Shown one piece after another: positions 9,008 to 16,248 of a stretch of DNA of 17,891 nucleotides. The position numbers and the translations under genes were made by a program. The DNA lies in assembly GCA_024720975.1 (NCBI GenBank), contig JANJXX010000012.1, positions 1 to 17,891 on the forward strand. Reading direction: 5' to 3'. The stretch comes from Thermoproteota archaeon (GTDB lineage: Archaea > Asgardarchaeota > Njordarchaeia > Njordarchaeales > Panguiarchaeaceae). The notes under the pieces were generated by a model, which was given only the letters and a program-made list of their open reading frames with translations, made no database searches and was not told where the DNA came from. Position 1 is the stretch's first letter. Each line of letters begins with the position of its first letter.

Positions 9008-9107
9008 TCTGATGCACCGAATGACTTTGGTAATAAATAATTAATGCAAAGCTGGATAAATACCTTGTAGATTTTAATTAATATAAGCCCCTATTGATTG
9101 GTAAGTA
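9008..9107. promoter_or_regulatory. Divergent promoter region (hydrolase / nuoL)
   Basis: AT-rich, with TATA-like ttaattaatataa at ~9074-9086. It contains ctttggtaata (9025-9035), matching the motif seen upstream of nuoI and nuoM/nuoB. Confidence 0.5.
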
Positions 9108-11162
9108 GTGGTCCTGCCTATGTTTCTAGAGATGTCATGGCTCATACCTGGGTTGCTATTTATCATCCTACCGCTCGTGGTAATCCTCGAATACAAAAGA
9201 ACGTATCTGGGAGCACTTCTCTCAATATTCGCTGGCACTGTATCTACTATATTATCAATAGGAGGCCTGATTGAAATCCTAAGCGGATATAAACTGCCTC
9301 CCGATGCACTCAAGATCGTTTGGTTAAAGTATGGGACTTTTGAGGTATCATTTGGTATTCTTGCAGATGAACTTTCAATGTTCATGGCTTTTATAGTGTC
9401 ATTTATTGGAACGCTAATTCTAATATATTCGCTAGAGTACATGCGCCATGATAGAGAACATAGTGTATGGGCGTGGCCAAGATACTTTTTTGAGATAACC
9501 TTATTCATAGCCTTTATGCTCATGCTAGTCCTGTCATCAAACCTTCTCCAGCTGCTAATTGCATGGGAAGGCGTAGGACTCTGTTCTTATTTGCTAATAG
9601 GCTACTGGTGGTGGAAACCAGAAGCATCAAAAGCTGCCAAGAAGGCGTTCATAACTACAAGGATAGGTGACCTTTTCCTATACCTGGCCACGGCTTACGC
9701 ATTTTTCGTTTTCCACACACTTGATGTCGCAAAATTAAATGAAATTAGTGGTAGCATGGTCAGTCCTTCATTGGGAATAATTGCCCTGTCCTTGTTTGGA
9801 GCCGCTATAGGTAAGAGCGCTCAGATACCATTATTCACCTGGCTACCATGGGCTATGGAGGGTCCGACAACGGTTTCTGCACTAATTCACGCAGCTACAA
9901 TGGTCAAAGCGGGAGTTTTCCTAGTAGCTAGGTTCTATCCACTCTATATGCATGCTCCAGCCGTATTTGGAATAGAACCGCTTGTATTTGTTGCATACAT
10001 TGGAGGCCTTACAGCGGCTTTTGCTGGCGTACTGGCAGTCTTTAACAACGACGTCAAGGGTGTGCTAGCATACTCAACTATATCTCATCTGGGATTGCTG
10101 TTCCTAGCGCTGGGTGTTGGAGCATATACAGCTGCTCTATTTCACCTACTAAATCACGCATTCTTTAAGGCTGGATTATTCCTCGTAGCTGGAAGCGTTC
10201 TACATGCTACCCATGATCTGAGGGAACTGCATAAGCTCGGCGGGTTAAAAGATCACATGAAATGGACTCTACTATTTGCATTTATTGGAGGCTGGGCCAT
10301 AGCTGGATTTCCATTATCTGGAGGCTTCTGGAGCAAGGATGAAATACTAATAGAGACAGCAGCTACGGGGGATATTACATTATTCTTGCTAGGATTTATA
10401 GCAGCAATAACTGGTGCAGCATATACATTCCGATGGATAAGTCTAATGTTCTACGGCAAACCGAAAAGCAAAGAGGCAGAACATGCTCATGAAGCCAATC
10501 TAATAATGCTCATACCAATTGCTATCTTAGTTACTGGAGCAATTCTTTGGGGTATACCAATACTTCATCACGGTAAACTCGCTCCCATAGGTTTAGTCTT
10601 AACAGAACAAATCTCACAAGCCTTGGGAATAACTATTCACGCAGCAGGACCAGCAGAAAAGTTATTTATGCCTAAAGAAGTGATAATGATCATAACGGTT
10701 GGAGTAAGTTTCGTTCTCGCATTAGTCATGTTCTACACATATGCTATTAAGTGTGTTGACTTCTCCAAGCACAGAAGACTCATCAAAATCCAAAGTGCAT
10801 TGCAGCAAGGAACGATTATAGACGTCATATATGATAAGATGGCATACTTCTTCGGAACCCGCATAGCAAAAGGAGCGGCAACATTTGACACTAAAGTCGT
10901 AGATGCTATATACTATAAGATAACGTACTTATTCGGAATCATCATTGCAAAATGGGCAACATTATTCGATATAAACGTCATAGATGCACTATTCGAAAGA
11001 ACTCCAAGAGCTATGAGAAGACTTGGAAGCTTTCTTGCTAAGATTCAAACCGGTCACATTAACACATACATGGCGACATTGACTGTGGGTATAATCATAC
11101 TCATATGCCTATTCCTCGGAGGACTTCTAGGCTTTAATTTAGTAAGTCTTCTCCTAGGATAA
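9108..11162 (+). CDS. nuoL: NuoL-like antiporter-like membrane subunit with an extended C-terminal amphipathic helix
   Basis: Motifs AWEGVGLCSYLLIGYW, KAFITTRIGD, GKSAQIPLFTWLPWAMEGPTTVSALIHAATMVKAGVFL, HAFFKA, GFWSKDEI and the terminal IQTGHINTY plus final TM. Alternative ATG at 9120. Confidence 0.94.
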   Translation: MVLPMFLEMSWLIPGLLFIILPLVVILEYKRTYLGALLSIFAGTVSTILSIGGLIEILSGYKLPPDALKIVWLKYGTFEVSFGILADELSMFMAFIVSFIGTLILIYSLEYMRHDREHSVWAWPRYFFEITLFIAFMLMLVLSSNLLQLLIAWEGVGLCSYLLIGYWWWKPEASKAAKKAFITTRIGDLFLYLATAYAFFVFHTLDVAKLNEISGSMVSPSLGIIALSLFGAAIGKSAQIPLFTWLPWAMEGPTTVSALIHAATMVKAGVFLVARFYPLYMHAPAVFGIEPLVFVAYIGGLTAAFAGVLAVFNNDVKGVLAYSTISHLGLLFLALGVGAYTAALFHLLNHAFFKAGLFLVAGSVLHATHDLRELHKLGGLKDHMKWTLLFAFIGGWAIAGFPLSGGFWSKDEILIETAATGDITLFLLGFIAAITGAAYTFRWISLMFYGKPKSKEAEHAHEANLIMLIPIAILVTGAILWGIPILHHGKLAPIGLVLTEQISQALGITIHAAGPAEKLFMPKEVIMIITVGVSFVLALVMFYTYAIKCVDFSKHRRLIKIQSALQQGTIIDVIYDKMAYFFGTRIAKGAATFDTKVVDAIYYKITYLFGIIIAKWATLFDINVIDALFERTPRAMRRLGSFLAKIQTGHINTYMATLTVGIIILICLFLGGLLGFNLVSLLLG
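10821..10982 (+). repeat. In-frame 81-nt tandem duplication inside nuoL (lateral helix)
   Basis: 10821-10901 versus 10902-10982: 56/81 nt and 14/27 aa identical by hand alignment, without gaps. Confidence 0.85.
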
Positions 11163-11297
11163 TCCATGATAGCGAAATAATATGTTGATGGAGTATCCAA
11201 TGAGTAAATACCACATAACTTTAAATCTTTTTTTGAAAATGCTAGTTTTAGGTGTCATTTGCTTTCAGATACATGTGACTGCTGAGCGTGACTAGAG

Positions 11298-11609
11298 ATG
11301 ATGGATCCCCTAAGTGTAATCCTGCTAGTGATAATACCTTTCATACTGCTTACAATATTATACTCGTTGGGTAAAGTTGCCAGGAGGGAAACAGGTCGAG
11401 AGCCATTTGCAAGCGGCCACGCATTTCCAAGTACTTATATTCCATATAAGCCACGATGGCTCTATTACATCGCGCTCTTTATTCTGTGGGACATTATAGT
11501 AATTTTCATACTATTCATGGCGTCTGAAATGAGTTTGTATGTTATCACATCCCTGCTAATCTTAATAGCGACAATGCTTGCCTATCCCATTAGAATCTCT
11601 AAGGGGTAG
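11298..11609 (+). CDS. nuoA: NuoA-like membrane subunit (divergent)
   Basis: Three TM segments, loop EPFASG (cf. NuoA xPYECG) and RWLYYIALFILWDII (cf. YYLVAMLFxxFDVE). It lies directly upstream of nuoH. Confidence 0.75.
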   Translation: MMDPLSVILLVIIPFILLTILYSLGKVARRETGREPFASGHAFPSTYIPYKPRWLYYIALFILWDIIVIFILFMASEMSLYVITSLLILIATMLAYPIRISKG

Positions 11610-11614
11610 TTAAC

Positions 11615-12610
11615 ATGCTTGAGAAAGTAATATTTTCCCTCAAAATAATTGCTTGGACTATTGTAGTTATCTTCTTAGCATTCCTCGTGGAGTGGTTCTA
11701 CAGGAAGGTACTCGCACACATGCAACACAGAGTTGGACCTAAACTAGCAGGAAAATTGGGAATTTTGCAGCCAATAGCTGACTTTATAAAGTTGATGAGG
11801 AAACGTCAAATATCCCCGGCTGGAACTGACGAGTTCTTTGTTGACTTTACAGCAATATTTGGACTCTGGCTAATGATAATACCAACAATGTTCCTGCCGA
11901 TATTTGGCCTGGAGGGATTCATAAGCTTTGAGGGAGATGCTGTATTAATAATAATGCTGCTGGCAATTTCTAGTCTTGTGTACATAGTGACACCATACCT
12001 ATTTCCATCACCATACCCAACTATTGGCGCTGGGAGAAGAGCTGAATTATATCTATCTTACGAGATACCAATGTTCCTTGCATTTGCCTCTGCAATCTTT
12101 GCTGCTGGGTCTTTAAGAATAAGTGAAATAATCTTTGCTCCAACAATAATTAGGAATGATATACCCACCGGAATTTTACTAGTACCAGCACTAATTGTTG
12201 CAATATTAAGCAGCATGTCTAGGCTCAAGAAAGTGCCATTCGATGCTCCTGTAGCCGAAACAGAAATTGCTGGAGGTTGGGAAGCGGAGCTTTCGGGGCG
12301 AAGATTGGCTTTCTTTAATTTGCTAACAGATGTAAAGTTGTTCGTAATGGGCGCGATAATAACCACCTTCTTCCTTGGAGGTCCATTAGGCCCAATGATT
12401 CTAATTAGTGGGTTGGAGTGGATACTCGCTCCCGTATGGTACGGATTCTGGTTCTTCCTCAAAACAGTGGTCGTCATATTTATAATAACTGCTGTATCTG
12501 CAGCTACTGCTCGCTTCAGGATAGACCAAGTCTTAAAAATTTTCTGGGATAGGCTTCTATATCTGAGCGTATTCCAAGTAATCTTGCTAATCCTCTGGTG
12601 GAGCCTATGA
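11615..12610 (+). CDS. nuoH: NuoH/HycD/MbhM-like membrane anchor subunit
   Basis: Motifs RKVLAHMQHRVGP, GILQPIADFIKL, LSYEIP, PFDAPVAETEIAGGWEAELSG and ARFRIDQ. Confidence 0.93.
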   Translation: MLEKVIFSLKIIAWTIVVIFLAFLVEWFYRKVLAHMQHRVGPKLAGKLGILQPIADFIKLMRKRQISPAGTDEFFVDFTAIFGLWLMIIPTMFLPIFGLEGFISFEGDAVLIIMLLAISSLVYIVTPYLFPSPYPTIGAGRRAELYLSYEIPMFLAFASAIFAAGSLRISEIIFAPTIIRNDIPTGILLVPALIVAILSSMSRLKKVPFDAPVAETEIAGGWEAELSGRRLAFFNLLTDVKLFVMGAIITTFFLGGPLGPMILISGLEWILAPVWYGFWFFLKTVVVIFIITAVSAATARFRIDQVLKIFWDRLLYLSVFQVILLILWWSL

Positions 12611-12861
12611 TCGGGTTAGAGGAGCTTATTGTATACATATTGGGAGTGGGGCTCGTCCTATTCATAGCTCTGACTGTGGAGACAAAAAAGCTATATAGAA
12701 TGCTAATTTACTTTATGCTAGCAAACTTGTGTCTACTCGGAATTTTAGGGTTATTTGGTCTTTGGATTATCGGCAGCCTTGTAGTACTAGTGAACATTGG
12801 TGTTATTGTCATATTCCTATTCCTAACGATGATAATTGGCGAGAGGTTAGAGGAAAAATGA
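12607..12861 (+). CDS. NuoJ N-terminal half (J1-like)
   Basis: ATGA overlap with the nuoH stop. Three TM helices with VLVNIGVIVIFLFLTMI (cf. NuoJ VYxGAIxVLFLFxxM). Position between nuoH and nuoK. Confidence 0.7.
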   Translation: MIGLEELIVYILGVGLVLFIALTVETKKLYRMLIYFMLANLCLLGILGLFGLWIIGSLVVLVNIGVIVIFLFLTMIIGERLEEK

Positions 12862-13112
12862 TTAGGAGGCAAATAATTGCTGTCCTTTTATCGATAGTAG
12901 CTCTTGCATCCATATTTTGGATACTTAGCTATTTACCCCCAGTGAATCTTACTGCAAAGGAGTTCGAGCTTGAGCAATTCCGGCAGGCTATATGGCTAGA
13001 GTATGGAGCAGTAATGATAATAATTGCGATGATAACTAGCGTGGTCTTGATAGTATCTCTATTCGCAATGAGAATCGCAGAAACAGTAGAAACCATGGGT
13101 GAGAAAGGATGA
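12858..13112 (+). CDS. NuoJ C-terminal half (J2-like)
   Basis: The ATGA overlap with the J1 stop gives the real start at 12858, not 12729. TM-loop-TM with AIWLEYGAVMIIIAMI (cf. NuoJ LFTxYxxxFExxSxxL). It also overlaps the nuoK start by ATGA. Confidence 0.65.
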   Translation: MIRRQIIAVLLSIVALASIFWILSYLPPVNLTAKEFELEQFRQAIWLEYGAVMIIIAMITSVVLIVSLFAMRIAETVETMGEKG

Positions 13113-13411
13113 TCTCAACATTCTTAATGGCAGTATCAATAGTTGTTATTATTCTCGGTTTATACGGCCTCATGTCAAAGAAGAACTTAATCAAGATGTT
13201 CATGACAATAGAGATAATATTCTTTGGAGTAATAATAGCAGTCGCTACCCTAGCGCTAGTAGCAGCAAATCCTTTAACAACTCAGTTTTTCATTCTAATA
13301 ATAGCACTTGTAGCAGCGCTTGAAGAGGCTATCGGAGTTGGTATATTGCTAGTTGTAAAAAATGTAACTGGGACTATCGATGCCGATACTTTGACTGAGC
13401 TAAAGGAATAA
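13109..13411 (+). CDS. nuoK: NuoK/MrpC-like small membrane subunit
   Basis: GLYGLMSKKNLIKMFMTIEII and ALVAALEEAIGVGILL, with both conserved membrane Glu. C-terminal GTIDADTLTELK. Confidence 0.9.
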   Translation: MISTFLMAVSIVVIILGLYGLMSKKNLIKMFMTIEIIFFGVIIAVATLALVAANPLTTQFFILIIALVAALEEAIGVGILLVVKNVTGTIDADTLTELKE

Positions 13412-13436
13412 CACATTGTAGTGTTAGGCTCTCTCA

Positions 13437-13453
13437 TTTTTTCTTTATTTTTT
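13437..13453 (+). terminator. Oligo-T terminator after nuoK
   Basis: ttttttctttattttt T-tracts ~25 nt downstream of the nuoK stop. Confidence 0.55.
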
Positions 13454-13478
13454 CACAAATTAATTCTGGTGAGTCGCA

Positions 13479-13826
13479 TTGAACATAATTGAGAAATACG
13501 ACTTTGGACTAATAATAATCAGTGGACGCATTTTTCATCGCGATGTAATAGTGTTTCCCGATGAGATACATGCGAATTGGTGGCGTAAGGAGGGTCACAA
13601 GCTTTGCATTGAAGATTTAGAAATCGTTCTCAAGAAGAGACCAAATATACTCATCATAGGCACGGGGTACAGTGGGGTTATGAGAGTTCCAGAGGAGGTT
13701 AAAGAGTTCTTAAAGAAGCAGGGTATAGAGGTTATCATAGAAAACACACAAAAGGCTGTCGAAACATACAACAAGCTCGCACGCGAGAATAAGAATGTAG
13801 CTGCAGCACTCCACCTTACATGTTGA
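13479..13826 (+). CDS. Mth938-like domain protein (DUF498/NDUFAF3 family)
   Basis: Motifs YDFGLIII, WWRKEGH, LIIGTGYSG, AVETYN and C-terminal AALHLTC. TTG start with ggtgag SD. Confidence 0.88.
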   Translation: MNIIEKYDFGLIIISGRIFHRDVIVFPDEIHANWWRKEGHKLCIEDLEIVLKKRPNILIIGTGYSGVMRVPEEVKEFLKKQGIEVIIENTQKAVETYNKLARENKNVAAALHLTC

Positions 13827-13837
13827 CCTCCTAGTAA

Positions 13838-14941
13838 TTATACTCTACTCCTTTGGTATATCCTAGTTTTAAGACCGAAACCTGTAAGGATGACGATCTT
13901 GGGACCCTGTATACTTTCGTACTTCTTGGAAGCTGCATATGCCACCGCCGAGCTAGGTTCAACGAAAATGCCCCTGGACGCTAACTCCCAGTACGCCTCC
14001 AGGATTTCTTCCTCATCGACTATTATAGCATCACCGTTAATTTCTCTAAGTTTCCTGACCATGAGTTCTAGAAGAGGCGGATTAGTGCTCACCAGAGCAT
14101 CTGCTACAGTTTTAACCTTTTTTGGAGGTGTGTACTTAAGTCCTTTAAATGCATGATACAGTGGCGAGACTATCCTCGTTTGACAGGCAACTATTAATGG
14201 TATTTCATCGATTAAGCCTGACCCTAGCAAATGTTCGAATCCCTTTATTAAACCAAGCAATAGCGTCCCAGCAGATACAGGTACGAAGACAGCACTAGGT
14301 ACTTTCCCTCCAAGCTGCTCATAGAGTTCATATGCTATAGTTCTCATACCATCTCGAAATATTGGATGGTATATATGACCAATGTAGACTTTATTTGGCT
14401 CGGCCTTAATCGCTTCCTCTGAAGCCTTCGTACGACCACCTTTAACTTTAATAACTTCAGCACCATAAGCTCTTATCTGCTCTAGCTTCAGACCCGAAAC
14501 AGTCTCTGGAACATAAATTTTAGCCTTTATTCCAGCGAGCGCAGCATATGCCGCTATGGAGGCACCAGCATTTCCGGAAGAATCCTCAGCGATAAAGGTA
14601 TTAGAATCAACGAATCTCCTGATTGCTGATATAAGAACAGAAGAGCCTCTATCCTTAAACGATCCCGTCGGATTTAAATAATCAAGCTTTAGAAAAAGCC
14701 CGTTTTTGAACCTTACTATTGGCGTAAAACCTTCTCCAAGGGTTATTATATCACCCTCCCTTATATACGGATAAAATGCTCTATACCTCCATATCGAAGT
14801 ATCATTGCCAACTATCAGCTCCGGCCGAAATTCTACGTCTATGCTAACATCCAAGATTCCTCCACAATACACACATGAGTAGGATAGAACACTTTGAGCT
14901 GCCGCACCACATCTTATGCAACTAACTTTATAACCCTGCAT
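13838..14941 (-). CDS. thrC: Threonine synthase-like PLP-dependent enzyme (fold type II)
   Basis: N-terminal CxxC...CxxC, TLGEGFTP, NPTGSFKDRG (PLP Lys), SSGNAGAS, EPSSA and LTGFGLK. Confidence 0.85.
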   Translation of the reverse strand: MQGYKVSCIRCGAAAQSVLSYSCVYCGGILDVSIDVEFRPELIVGNDTSIWRYRAFYPYIREGDIITLGEGFTPIVRFKNGLFLKLDYLNPTGSFKDRGSSVLISAIRRFVDSNTFIAEDSSGNAGASIAAYAALAGIKAKIYVPETVSGLKLEQIRAYGAEVIKVKGGRTKASEEAIKAEPNKVYIGHIYHPIFRDGMRTIAYELYEQLGGKVPSAVFVPVSAGTLLLGLIKGFEHLLGSGLIDEIPLIVACQTRIVSPLYHAFKGLKYTPPKKVKTVADALVSTNPPLLELMVRKLREINGDAIIVDEEEILEAYWELASRGIFVEPSSAVAYAASKKYESIQGPKIVILTGFGLKTRIYQRSRV

Positions 14942-15378
14942 ACAGATGTACCTGCTTCTGTCATAAATGCCTTTGAAAACAGTTCAAAATAGGTAGATTT
15001 AAATAAATATTGGGTGGCATCCCAACCGAAGAATACGAGTAAGGGGCGCCAAGGCGTAGGAGGATTAATAACAATCGCCAATCCCGAACATTCTAATAAA
15101 GCCAGAAAAGCTGAAACTTACGAGGAAAAAGATAAACTTGCAGAGATTTTCCCCAAGATCATTCAATTAACAAAGCCTTAACGAATTAGTTAATGGTTTT
15201 TCAACATCGTGTATTCTGGTTAGTCAGACAGAAGCATTGAACTCTGCCTAATCTTCGTAACTCATCTCAAAAGACCGCTAAATGATTTTAAATCTATCAA
15301 GGCTCATATGAGCGTTCTGCAAGCATTGAACGATGATTTTAGGAAAAACGCATAGCTCTCAAAGAAACAGAGAGACAT

Positions 15379-16047
15379 TTAAATAAGCAGCGGCGGCCTG
15401 CATAACGGGAGAAGTGTCAGCATATAAGCTATTGTTAGCACTACTATTAATGTGACGATTGGTTCAGGTATTTCGCCCACGCGCAATGGAAAGATAAATG
15501 GAACTCTCTGTTTGTATTGTTGGTATTCTTTTCCAAATTCTCTCAAGAGGCATCGCTCTTCAAGACCCGCCAGCAAGAGATAGCCAAAAACCTCTATTAG
15601 CCACATTAAGACGACTTCAAAGCAAGATGGTGGTGAATACAGTATGGACATAATCGTTAACCCTAAGGTCATAACAATTATTCCTAAGTACTGAGGGTGT
15701 CTTACGATCGAGTAAAGCCCACTGGTTAAAAGCCCTTTTCGCTTTGCTTTAAGCATTTGAATAAAAGCTGCTAGGAATATTATTAGGCCGACTAGCGCAA
15801 CAACCCTCCCAAGCATTAGCCCCGGCCCGAAAAGAAGATAATAGAGTCCACTTCCTACATACTCTGGAAACCGAAAGAACAGCATAAACAAGTAAAAGGC
15901 TAAAGGAAAAACCATCAAACCGTGCCAGGGACCAGCTGCAGGCACGTACTGAAATGAAAAAAGGAAAGCTGAAGACAAAGCCTCAGCAATTTGTCTTAGC
16001 TTCCTTTTCAATCTGCAAAACATACAAATTCCCTTCAAGCAAGGCAT
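15379..16047 (-). CDS. Isoprenylcysteine carboxyl methyltransferase (ICMT/PEMT)-family membrane methyltransferase
   Basis: Motifs LLTSGLYSIVRHPQYLG and EERCLLREFGKEYQQYKQRVPFIFP, with multiple TM helices. The start may be the ATG at 16023. Confidence 0.85.
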   Translation of the reverse strand: MPCLKGICMFCRLKRKLRQIAEALSSAFLFSFQYVPAAGPWHGLMVFPLAFYLFMLFFRFPEYVGSGLYYLLFGPGLMLGRVVALVGLIIFLAAFIQMLKAKRKGLLTSGLYSIVRHPQYLGIIVMTLGLTIMSILYSPPSCFEVVLMWLIEVFGYLLLAGLEERCLLREFGKEYQQYKQRVPFIFPLRVGEIPEPIVTLIVVLTIAYMLTLLPLCRPPLLI

Positions 16048-16248
16048 AGGAATCTACATATACATCAGAATAACGATATCTAGAGGAATCATTGAGATAT
16101 ATGAAAGAAATAGAAGCAGACACAAAACATTAGCTATAAACGCATTCTTTGTTTTGATGCGATGAATAAGAGCTCAAGGAGAGATGTATAGCGACATAGC
16201 AGAATTTTTATTGCACATTTTGTAAAATAGTAGGAAAATAGAAAATGA

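Noticed and set aside
12607-13112. Split nuoJ as a frameshifted pseudogene
   Set aside because: Clean ATGA stop/start overlaps like those of the neighbouring genes; split J is known in archaeal complexes.
2530-14156. Short overlapping ORFs within nuo, hydrolase and thrC genes (e.g. 4055-4393, 9074-9523, 12058-12477, 13099-13323)
   Set aside because: They overlap well-supported genes and have typical shadow-ORF composition.
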